Source of the DNA: Acidobacteriota bacterium
GTDB lineage: Bacteria > Acidobacteriota > CAIWXX01
Direction: 5' to 3'
DNA length: 64,000 nt
NCBI GenBank assembly: GCA_040755995.1
Contig: JBFMAF010000020.1
Span: forward strand, 96,001 to 160,000
The notes under the pieces were generated by a model. That model worked only from the letters and a program-made list of their open reading frames with translations. It was not told the origin of the DNA and made no database searches. The position numbers were made by a program, and so were the translations under genes. Shown here piece after piece: positions 29,901-36,899 of the stretch; the first letter of the stretch is position 1, and each line of letters opens with the position of its first letter.

Positions 29901-30740
29901 CTCCTCCGAGATGACGTCGAATGAGAAGATCGGGGACGAAACCGTGCCCGAGGCCTGGGCGAGCACCATGAGCTCGCCCTGCAGCCCCCTTTCCGGGAAC
30001 AACGACGCGAGATCGTAAGTTGCTCGCGCCGTCGCTTCGATAGTCTCTGAGTCCCGATCGATCCTGCCGTGTAGTCGAATAGTCCCTTCGCGAGCGCGCG
30101 TCGTGATGGGAGCGAGCGAGACGCGTCCTTCGTCGAACCGCACAACGGCCTCCGAGATCTCGATCGAGCCGGTTCGGGATCGAGCCTCCCATCGGGCCGG
30201 CTCGCCGAAGCTCGCTCGCAGCGAGCCGGTTCGCGCGACTTCGGCCAGCAACGAAACGTCGGCGGTCGCGATGCGTACGTTGCGTTGCTCGTCGTGGAAG
30301 TCGATCGAGACTCCCGGCGCATCGAATCGGAGGCGTCCGAGGCCCGGCCCGCCGCGCGGGCCATTGCCGCCCGGCGGCAGGTTCAGACGCCCGCCTGCGT
30401 CTCGCACGACGTTGATAGCGCCGCCGTACAGCTTGATTGCAGGCCCATCGCCCATTCCAATGATGGTATTCCAAGGGATATCGACCGCAAGCTCATCCGC
30501 CTTCAGGAATGGAACGCCGGGCGTCGCCCTGCAGGCGATTCGGAGCTGACAGACGCGAAAGGTCAACCTCAGCAGGTTGTAGTCAAGGCGCTCCGCGGTG
30601 AGCACGACCCCGTAGTGCATCGACGCATATGCGGCGGCCCGCTTCAGGCACCACGAGCGGACAGGTGGTGTATGGAGCGCACCGAGCAGCACGGCCAGCG
30701 CGAGAACGACGAGGCCGACCTTCCAAAGCCTATTCATCAT
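23982..30740 (-). CDS. TamB/AsmA-like protein fused to POTRA repeats and an Omp85 (BamA/TamA) beta-barrel, ~2250 aa
   Basis: N-terminal anchor MMNRLWKVGLVVLALAVLLG, long beta-rich AsmA-like region, DUF490-like C-part (EILSLLLTG..SRITASK), POTRA-like units (LYRSEG, LYHNLGF, VVKEG), barrel with GGANTVRGY, GLGLRYRTPFGLFRLDYG and C-terminal YFTLGQAF. One uninterrupted frame. Confidence 0.9.
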   Translation of the reverse strand: MMNRLWKVGLVVLALAVLLGALHTPPVRSWCLKRAAAYASMHYGVVLTAERLDYNLLRLTFRVCQLRIACRATPGVPFLKADELAVDIPWNTIIGMGDGPAIKLYGGAINVVRDAGGRLNLPPGGNGPRGGPGLGRLRFDAPGVSIDFHDEQRNVRIATADVSLLAEVARTGSLRASFGEPARWEARSRTGSIEISEAVVRFDEGRVSLAPITTRAREGTIRLHGRIDRDSETIEATARATYDLASLFPERGLQGELMVLAQASGTVSSPIFSFDVISEETLCGRLRIGDLAVGAKLERGVLDVPVLSARVANGEIRGTARLDVGEAASNSLKLEWHSAGASALLHELLPATPPESVPEGILQGKATFDWAGARFERCRLRLVNSIAPPAGRPGISGRTVFEMEADRSWSLDASHSLGRLGRWDASLHGDPGTAVGGSVTGQGISVESAVSLVTTLLAPKRRVPWMPSGTGSVRAEVAGTFEQPKLDARVAIDGLRSASAEFLPAARLSAHVRAERTKVDIDSVELTAGGIVSGGRGTISLPDGTMTVDVKADCADLSEVPLGIPWNPGGSVHASGSISGTVKSPRAVVEIDAAPLCVAGQSFDHVAGELTYERGAATARLTADQADGHVELNGRYAGPTEFSLEASGQNLRVDRVPAAYAGQRGLPLRARLDFRARAEGLPDGPRASGELRIEDAYWADRPLGGASLLLDLRDDWLFVESAGGAVRGWTSLDGAHMFEVQASAEGFDLAALESTMASTPLAGAVSFDGRLNGTLSPWRLGRLDLSLRHLDARAGGVSIRTERPGRVAIGPDAIEADVELLAGASKVAAVGGLGVGAAAPLDVSLAGEIGDVVPFLELLGKPSPVAGQGMLNAQVRVAGDRLHPQVAGEISVEAGSLEIPRLGKLDGLDARACLDGSALAVEHLIANWRGASIVAEGNLPLAVLSQRWAAGEGTSEAIRLTAHVANFRADSLPVNVRPPGNVGWTASADITLQSPSLDLRRARGHLGLRVSDASASGIPLRTDGPAAVDLEAGRMTLHPWTWTGEGISLTLSGGLELGETIGQSRLDLQAAGETRLQVLSASVPGVELGGRTELQIRLHGPLAHPVPEGEINLYDCEAWVRQARVFVDGLSGTLRLSSGGLEAVGVKGMVNGGTLDITGQIGLLRPADAGSRLACTVRNAGLDWPRGWRTELNADLALTMKAGRPVVSGEIEVLRGDFRGASPVAGLHLSYGQPDPLALATRSPIDNVALDLRLRTKEDLRVDSNYGRVGGGFDFRLTGDVGMPGMQGRVFLSPGSEVYFGGTTYLVESATLEFPSAISSESRLTASATTKVAGYFVMVSLTGDLQKVKTHLVSEPDLPENEILSLLLTGQKTGAGGSVDLAKGGSVADILSAGLLGSAGRALNLSGLRIQRGDPSVDPTFDPMNIASETNPTSRITASKAVGPNVTVTFSQSLQNAGGLTWVIDYTPLRQVELRAVKQDDDTRFIEFRHDLSFGGGSGRPATAHRPLTRKVPAERIQSISFSGDPLPSDLRRALRLSVGARFDYYKWREDRDRLQAALAKAGFLESRVGARRDPPFRSEPHEGDLVRLDYSVRRGPRTEIVVTGRAAEELWLREIRQVWQTSESSRFLEEESARRVLVDLSSRGFVRARVSAKAVKSADGDKKTLYVTVDPGPRSDSKKIVFEGNVRIDERRLVEVASRPEVKSNAWADPTSLAHALLALYRSEGMISAEFDVGPPRFFGQRAELPVHIKEGPQFVISVVRVQGTRSISEDRVRQAAGLSPGQPLRIVTLLDAYRRILQLYHNLGFAAVDVDVNVRRAPDGDAAEVDLVVKEGRQQILKEVVVDGLRRISPRAVSPATSLETGKPVAPAQLERAQKKIVDTGAFRRVDFQIEPLAVTPDAAAEPVRLRLLVEEWAPWRLRYGLQLLDQPQPLADEVVHARGLGGVVDITRRALAGRPFAGGLSLRYSKEYESARAYASIPRAFGLPIRSSLYLTLSREHIWYDAKEFLDTETGLTFEQRARIGSLAEVAYAYEIQWLDLQSAQPIEGRRFDFDARLARITATLALDRRDDFMDPMRGWFHSTGVEYAAPAIGSQVDLQKILIQQFAYLPLYRKTVLALAARYENSAGAGEALLATDRLPTGGANTVRGYPDDWLDIRDVVDLLGGRSGLLILNEELRVPLWRSLRGAAFLDYGRLRSTLDDRAQTISRLSTGLGLRYRTPFGLFRLDYGHPIGEGSTGLRGRWYFTLGQAF

Positions 30741-30768
30741 GAGCCTCGCTCGACCGCGCACAGGGCCG

Positions 30769-33120
30769 TCATTTCTCGGTGCGGCGCTGGTGCTGCTTCG
30801 CCTTCTCCAGCGCCTGCTGGACGAGCTGAGGCTGGTCTCTTCTACTGTATACATCCGCGAGCAAGAAGTACGCCAGCGCCTTGTGCTCGGGAGTCCGCGC
30901 AAGCACCAGTCCCTTGTTGGCGAGATCCAGGATCTCGCCGGGATCTGCGTCCTGCTGCAGCAGACCGCGCGCCAGAAACAGGTAGCCCAGCGGGTTCTCG
31001 GGTGCGATCCGAGTGACCTCGCGCATCTGTTCCATGTAGTGGTCGAGGTCCCCGCGGCGCAGGAGAATCCGGCCGAGATTGAAACGGGCCATGTAGCAGT
31101 CGCCATTGAGATCGATCTCGGCCCGGTACGCCTGCGTGGCTGCGGGCAGATCGCCCATCCCCTCGTAGAGCAATCCAAGGTGGAAATGCGCCAACGGGAA
31201 CTTCGGGTGGGCGGCGAGTATCTCGTCGAGAGTGCGTTGTGCATCGGCATACCGCTTGAGGCCGATCATGCATGCGGCGAGATTCAAGTGGTTCTGGGTC
31301 AGCTTCGGCTGGATCTCGACGGCCCGCTGCAGACTGGGCAGCGCATTGGCATAGTCTTGGCGGTCCATGTACGCCTGGCCCATCAAAGTGTGCGCCAACG
31401 TATTGCGTTCGTCGACCTCCAGCGCGCGCTTGCACACCCTGATCACGTCCTCGCCCTGGCCCTCGCCCTGCAAGATCTTGGCCATGCACACCAGGGCCTG
31501 CACGTTCCTGGGGTCTTGCTGGAGGACGGAGCTTAGAAGCCGCTTGGCCTCGTTCGATCGCTCCAGCTCGACGTAGCAGTTTGCCAGCAGGAGCATCGCC
31601 TGTGGGTTGGCAGGATCTTCGCGGAGAACCTGTTCGAGTGTGCACGATGCTTCGGCATACCTGTCGAGGTTGCTGAGCTCGCCGGCGCGCTGTATCGCCT
31701 CGTGCACGGCGAGCCCGTCCTTGGGATCGATCAGAGGCGCGTGCGCGCCTGTTCGCGGTCTCTCCGGGATCGGAGCGCCGATGTAGCCCAACGCGGCCAG
31801 GCGGGCGACGGTCTCGCTGTCGAGGTCGGCCGCGACCGGCGCAGGCGCTCCGGAGCTCGAATCCGCGATCAGCTTCTCCAGAAGCGCGCCGTACTCGGCC
31901 ACAAGAGGTGACGAGGTCGCACCAAGGTCTGCCAGCTCGTGAGGATCATCCCGGAGATCGTAGAATTCCGGCCGCGGCGCGTCGATGTACTTGTGTGCGG
32001 GCGTGCGGATGGCGAGCAACGGAGCCCAGCCGTACTGGACCTTGGGCGTCATCGACTCGCTGTAGGCATGCCGGGCGGCGGCTGCGGATCGCGAATCGAG
32101 GAGCGGCCAGACGGATTCTCCCTGCACCTCTTCCGGGATCAGTATCTTCGCCGCAGACAGCAGTGTGGGGTAGAGGTCGATGGTCCTGACCTGCGCGGCA
32201 ACCCTGGTCCTTTCCACCCACGGCGCCACCAGAAGGAACGGCACGTGCACGGCGTAGTCGTATATGAAATACCCATGTGTCAGCTCGCCGTGGTCCCCGA
32301 GCCCCTCGCCGTGATCCCCGATGATCGCGACCACGGTGCGCTCGCGCACACGGTGCTCGTCCAGCCACGCCATGCAGCGCCCGATCTGTTCGTCCATGAA
32401 GGCTATCTCTCCATCGTAGAGCCCGACGATTCCTCCGCGTTTGTACTCCGAGAGGTACGGCTCAGGGGGTGCGTATGGAGTGTGCGGATCGTACAGGTGT
32501 ATCCAGGCGAAGAACGGCCTGTCGCCGTGGTTGTCCAACCAGGATAGCGCCGCGCTGACGACCTGGTCGCCCGGCCGCTGGACGAGGCCGAGGTCGAGCT
32601 TCTTGTACTTCTTGAGGTCGAATTGATCGTCATAGTGATGGAATCCCTGGTTGAGGCCCCAGCGCCCGTCCAGAACGAAGGCACCGACGAATGCGCCGCA
32701 GTCGTACCCCTGCGCGGCGAACGCCTCGGCCAGCGTCTCGTGCGCCGCTGAAAGCGCAGTGTTGCCGTTGACTCGAACGCCGTGGCAGGTTGGGTAGAGC
32801 CCGGTCATGATCGAGGAGTGCGACGGGAGCGTGAGCGGCGAAGAGGCAACGCACTGCTCGAAAAGCACTCCGTGTTTCGCGAGCGCATCCAGGCTGGGCG
32901 TCCGCACCGAGCGGTACCCGTAGGCGCCCAGGTGGTCGGCGCGTGTGGTGTCGAGAGTGATCAGCAGTACATTGGGCCTGTCGATTTCCGGCGTACGGGT
33001 CCCAGCAGGGTGGTCGGGCCGTTCACGAAGAGGTGCAAGGAGGAGGCCTGCGAGGATTGCGAGCAATGGGGCCGCGACCGCGAGAGCGGCCTTCTTCCTC
33101 CTCACCAGAGTGCCCCCCAC
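30769..33120 (-). CDS. Sulfatase-like (alkaline phosphatase superfamily) hydrolase/transferase with C-terminal TPR array
   Basis: NVLLITLDTTRADHLG, PLTLPSHSSIMTG, HLYDPH, GDHGE, LAALGYI, then multiple TPRs. Confidence 0.9.
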   Translation of the reverse strand: MGGTLVRRKKAALAVAAPLLAILAGLLLAPLRERPDHPAGTRTPEIDRPNVLLITLDTTRADHLGAYGYRSVRTPSLDALAKHGVLFEQCVASSPLTLPSHSSIMTGLYPTCHGVRVNGNTALSAAHETLAEAFAAQGYDCGAFVGAFVLDGRWGLNQGFHHYDDQFDLKKYKKLDLGLVQRPGDQVVSAALSWLDNHGDRPFFAWIHLYDPHTPYAPPEPYLSEYKRGGIVGLYDGEIAFMDEQIGRCMAWLDEHRVRERTVVAIIGDHGEGLGDHGELTHGYFIYDYAVHVPFLLVAPWVERTRVAAQVRTIDLYPTLLSAAKILIPEEVQGESVWPLLDSRSAAAARHAYSESMTPKVQYGWAPLLAIRTPAHKYIDAPRPEFYDLRDDPHELADLGATSSPLVAEYGALLEKLIADSSSGAPAPVAADLDSETVARLAALGYIGAPIPERPRTGAHAPLIDPKDGLAVHEAIQRAGELSNLDRYAEASCTLEQVLREDPANPQAMLLLANCYVELERSNEAKRLLSSVLQQDPRNVQALVCMAKILQGEGQGEDVIRVCKRALEVDERNTLAHTLMGQAYMDRQDYANALPSLQRAVEIQPKLTQNHLNLAACMIGLKRYADAQRTLDEILAAHPKFPLAHFHLGLLYEGMGDLPAATQAYRAEIDLNGDCYMARFNLGRILLRRGDLDHYMEQMREVTRIAPENPLGYLFLARGLLQQDADPGEILDLANKGLVLARTPEHKALAYFLLADVYSRRDQPQLVQQALEKAKQHQRRTEK

Positions 33121-33341
33121 GGGACTTCTCGCGCATTGGAGGAGGACGACGGGACGACCGCCGATCGGCCCAGTGTACCGTCACTCGCGAGGCTGAAGAG
33201 CAATGCCCGCATGCCGTACATTCCTGGCATTGTAGCACTGAGTCTATCCAGCGCGACATAGGTCGCGCTGTACATGCCGGCGGTCCATCGCGATTCGTTT
33301 CAGGCGATCGCCGGCCCGGCGCAGCCCGCGGGGATTTCTCC

Positions 33342-33370
33342 TTGAATCGTCGAATCCTCCGGGCTATAGT
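33342..33370 (+). promoter_or_regulatory. Sigma70-type promoter of the TonB-dependent receptor gene
   Basis: TTGAAT 33342-33347, 17 nt, TATAGT 33365-33370. Confidence 0.6.
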
Positions 33371-33489
33371 ACGAGTCACTGAGCAGATCCTGCATCACAG
33401 CTCGTCGTGCTGCTGGGGATTCCTGGGGGCCGGAAGGCGAACGATGCGATTGATCAGTGGCATTCTACGATGCACACGGAGGCTCCAAG

Positions 33490-36400
33490 ATGGGACGATC
33501 ACCGCTTCCGATGCGATCTCTGTTCTTCGTCGCTCTTATTGCTCTTCTCGTACCCGATCGAGTTCCCGGCCAGTCTATCCAATACGGGAAGCTGACCGGG
33601 AGAGTCACGTTACAGACAGGTGAGGTTCTTCCTGGGGCGAGTGTCGACCTGAGCAGCGACGCTCTTATTTCGGGCAGCCGCTCCACGGTGACCTCACTGG
33701 CCGGCAACTATGCATTCCCGAACCTGCCTGTGGGGAAATACCGAGTGACAGCGTCACGCGAGGGGTTCAAGACTGTGATTCGCGAGGACATCGTCGTATC
33801 CGCAGACGCGGTCGTCACTCTGGATCTGGTGATGGAGCTGGGTGAGATTTCGGAGAGTGTGGTTGTGACGGCGTCAGGGCCGGTCGTCGACAGCAGGACC
33901 TCCATAGTCGCGACGACGCTGGATTCGGATATGCTGGCCAGCCTTCCGACGGCCCGTGATGCCTTCTATGATCTCACGTTGACGGCCCCGGGCATGTTCG
34001 ATGCCGGCAAGGTTGCGGCCTGGATGCCGAGCCCGACGGCGTACGGGTCAGGCACCAACGAGAACGTCTTCATGGTGAACGGTGTGAACACGACTGATCC
34101 GCGCGCAAGCTCATTCGGCTCGCTCGTCAGAGTGAACTACGATCTGGTGAAGGAGGTGCGGATCGCAGCTCTGGGCAACAAGGCCGAGTATATCAACGCG
34201 ACTGGTGTGGCAGTAGATGTGGTGACCAAGTCGGGTGGCAATACGTTCAGCGGCACTCTCAGCACCTACTTCCAGCTGGGCAAGCCGGCGAACAACGTCC
34301 CGGATGCAGACGATGATCTGGGCCGGGACTGGCTGAGCGTCGGCCAGCTCGCACGACTTGTGACGACGACCGAGAAGGACCAGGAATTGAGCCTCTCGCT
34401 GGGCGGGCCCATCGTCAAGAACAAGGTCTGGTTCTTCGCCGCGTACGATCACGCGAAGGAGGATCTCAAGGAGTCGGTCTGGCCGGTGCTGGTTGAGAGC
34501 ACCGATCGCTACTTCGATTTCAAGGTCTCCGCGCAACCATCCGAGAACAGCAGCATCTGGGGGGCCTGCCACATCGAGAGGAACCTCTTCAACGGGGACT
34601 CCTACGGACAGGAAGTCCCGTGGGACGCGTCGATGACGTATGACCTTGACCAGAACATCAACGCGATCTCTTCCGAATGGCAGTATTTCCCCAGCCGCTC
34701 GAACCTGTACTCGGCCAAGTATCTGGGGTTTTGGAGCGACTGGACGCCGCGACTCCCTCAGGATGCGCCCGCGAATCCGGGCTACGTCAATTGGTGGAAG
34801 TGGAAGGAGTTCGGTGTCGACGGGCACTTCCCTTGGATCGAGGCGAATTACTGCAGCCGCCATACCGTACAGGCGGACGTCACTCACTACGTGGAAGACT
34901 TCCTCGGCGAGCAGGACATCAAGTTCGGCGTCCAATACACTACCGGCAAGGGGAACTACATCGGCGGGTATTTCGCCGGCTATGCCAACTACGCGTATCC
35001 GCTCCGATGGTACCAGGACATTCAGTACTGCAAGGATGCGTACGGCGACACCGGCATGCTCTGGTACGTCAACCAGGTCCACATGCCGCCGTTCGAAACC
35101 GTTCGGAAGTACGACCAGGCTGGGCTGTTTCTTGATGATCAGTGGAATCCCAGCAGGCGCCTGACGCTCAATATTGGACTGCGCTTCGATCGAATGACCA
35201 GCCGGTACGGTGACGGGAAGGTTTATGACATACCATCGGATCCGCATGACCTCAAGTCCTCGCTGAGCGCCGTCCGGGATCGCGAGGGAACGGGGGATGT
35301 ATTCAACTTCAAGACTCTCTCTCCACGGCTCGGGCTGACGTACTCCCTGACCGAGGACGCGCGGACGGTCTTCCGAGCGAACTACGGCCGGTACTACGTG
35401 CCGATCGGGCTCGACAGCCTCGGCGTGATGGGACCCGACATGCCGCCCATGCGTCTGCACCGGCTCTACATCAACATGCCCTGGGAGGTCGTCGATACGA
35501 ACGGCAACAACTATATCGATCCGGAGGAGGTCGAGGCCGCGGCGCGGTTGCTGAAGGGCTACAAGCCTTACGCGGATGAGTGGGAGGAATGGGATCCGTC
35601 GTGGCGATGCAAGGTGGCCGACGGCACGAAGCCGGAGCACACCGACCAGTTCACGCTGAACTTCGAACGGGAGATAGTTCGAGACCTGTCCTTCTCGGCC
35701 ACGGCCATATACAAGAGATCGAGCAACATCCTGGCCAACTGGCCGATCAACCGCGCGACAGGGCAGCCGTTCGAGTATGAGCGTGTGCCCTACACGACGA
35801 AATACGGCCAGACCGTCGATCTCTGGAGCATCGTCATGAAAGACTACAACGGCGACGGCCGCATAGACGGCGGCGACCTGCGTTGGATCATGATGAACAC
35901 CGACTACGAGGTGCGCAACCTGCCCAAGAGCATCGACGGTGTCGATACGGATCGGTCGTACGGCGGCCTGCAGCTCGTCCTGAACAAGCGATATTCCAAC
36001 CGCTGGCAGTTGCTGCTCTCGTTCCTCTACTCGAGCTCCAACGGCCCAGCCAATCGCACCAACTCCCAGGACTTCAACATCGAAGGACCGATGGTGATGG
36101 GCAGAGCCTGGCTCAGCACCCTGAACCAGCTGGTGAACAACACCGAAGGCCCGCTGCCCTTCACGTCGAAATACGAATTCAAGGCGTCTGGTTCGTACCG
36201 CGTCCCGAAAGTGGAAATGGACGTGGGCGCGCGCTTCCGGTACAACTCCGGGCGCCCCGTCTGGTGGCTGGATGACTTCCCGGTAATAACTCCGTGGTCA
36301 TCACCCCCGGGCGGTGTTGTCAACACGGGGAACAAGGCCATAATCGTCGGCGTCGATCCCAAGAATCCTCTCTACCTCCCGCCCGCCAGCATCCTGGACC

Positions 36401-36582
36401 TGCGCCTGGAGCGCGCCTTCGATCTCGGCAAGGACACCTCCTTGCGCGTGATTCTCGACTGCTTCAACGTCTTCAACGCCGGGACGATCACCAACATCGA
36501 CTATCACTACAATCCGGGCACGGCGACCGGCCTGATCTTCCCGCCACGCAAGCTGCGAGTGGGCGTCTCGTACGTGTTCTAG
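33490..36582 (+). CDS. TonB-dependent receptor (Oar-like) with N-terminal carboxypeptidase-regulatory-like domain
   Basis: Signal peptide, G.LTGRV..LPGASV..GNYAFPNLPVGKY, VVTKSGGN, LGGPIVKNKVWFF, LTLNIGLRFD, SPRLG, FNVFN, C-terminal RVGVSYVF. RBS GGAGG before ATG 33490. Confidence 0.92.
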   Translation: MGRSPLPMRSLFFVALIALLVPDRVPGQSIQYGKLTGRVTLQTGEVLPGASVDLSSDALISGSRSTVTSLAGNYAFPNLPVGKYRVTASREGFKTVIREDIVVSADAVVTLDLVMELGEISESVVVTASGPVVDSRTSIVATTLDSDMLASLPTARDAFYDLTLTAPGMFDAGKVAAWMPSPTAYGSGTNENVFMVNGVNTTDPRASSFGSLVRVNYDLVKEVRIAALGNKAEYINATGVAVDVVTKSGGNTFSGTLSTYFQLGKPANNVPDADDDLGRDWLSVGQLARLVTTTEKDQELSLSLGGPIVKNKVWFFAAYDHAKEDLKESVWPVLVESTDRYFDFKVSAQPSENSSIWGACHIERNLFNGDSYGQEVPWDASMTYDLDQNINAISSEWQYFPSRSNLYSAKYLGFWSDWTPRLPQDAPANPGYVNWWKWKEFGVDGHFPWIEANYCSRHTVQADVTHYVEDFLGEQDIKFGVQYTTGKGNYIGGYFAGYANYAYPLRWYQDIQYCKDAYGDTGMLWYVNQVHMPPFETVRKYDQAGLFLDDQWNPSRRLTLNIGLRFDRMTSRYGDGKVYDIPSDPHDLKSSLSAVRDREGTGDVFNFKTLSPRLGLTYSLTEDARTVFRANYGRYYVPIGLDSLGVMGPDMPPMRLHRLYINMPWEVVDTNGNNYIDPEEVEAAARLLKGYKPYADEWEEWDPSWRCKVADGTKPEHTDQFTLNFEREIVRDLSFSATAIYKRSSNILANWPINRATGQPFEYERVPYTTKYGQTVDLWSIVMKDYNGDGRIDGGDLRWIMMNTDYEVRNLPKSIDGVDTDRSYGGLQLVLNKRYSNRWQLLLSFLYSSSNGPANRTNSQDFNIEGPMVMGRAWLSTLNQLVNNTEGPLPFTSKYEFKASGSYRVPKVEMDVGARFRYNSGRPVWWLDDFPVITPWSSPPGGVVNTGNKAIIVGVDPKNPLYLPPASILDLRLERAFDLGKDTSLRVILDCFNVFNAGTITNIDYHYNPGTATGLIFPPRKLRVGVSYVF

Positions 36583-36633
36583 CGAGGCTACGCCTCAGAC
36601 GCACGAGGTTCTGTCGTACCCAGGCCGGTGCCC

Positions 36634-36673
36634 GTACCCGTACCCGATTGGGACGCGCATCGGGAACGGGTAC
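36634..36673. terminator. 15-bp stem hairpin between convergent genes (terminator or REP-like)
   Basis: GTACCCGTACCCGAT / ATCGGGAACGGGTAC with one mismatch and a 10-nt loop; no U-tract. Confidence 0.4.
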
Positions 36674-36899
36674 CAACCCCCGATTCACGGGGCTCGAGCT
36701 CCGGCCGCCGCCACGGCACCACCACCCGATGCCCCCGGCTGGCCAGCGGGTCGGATGGATCGTCAATCCGCACTTCCTATGCCTCGGGCGAGCGATGGCC
36801 CCAAGCCCCAGCGGCATCCGCCAGACTTAGGTTCTGCGGCGCCGCCTCGCCTTGCCGGGTGGAAGAACACGTTGTCCCGCGAGCCCCGGCGGGCGATCC

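Noticed and set aside
30741..31250. 170-aa N-terminal extension of the TamB fusion in the ORF track
   Set aside because: Overlaps the sulfatase-TPR gene in another frame; the hydrophobic anchor begins at ATG 30740.
33375..33461. Cobalamin riboswitch ahead of the TonB receptor
   Set aside because: GTCACTG and GGAAGG resemble fragments of it, but the 5' core and the B12 box are missing; kept only as an unassigned structured leader.
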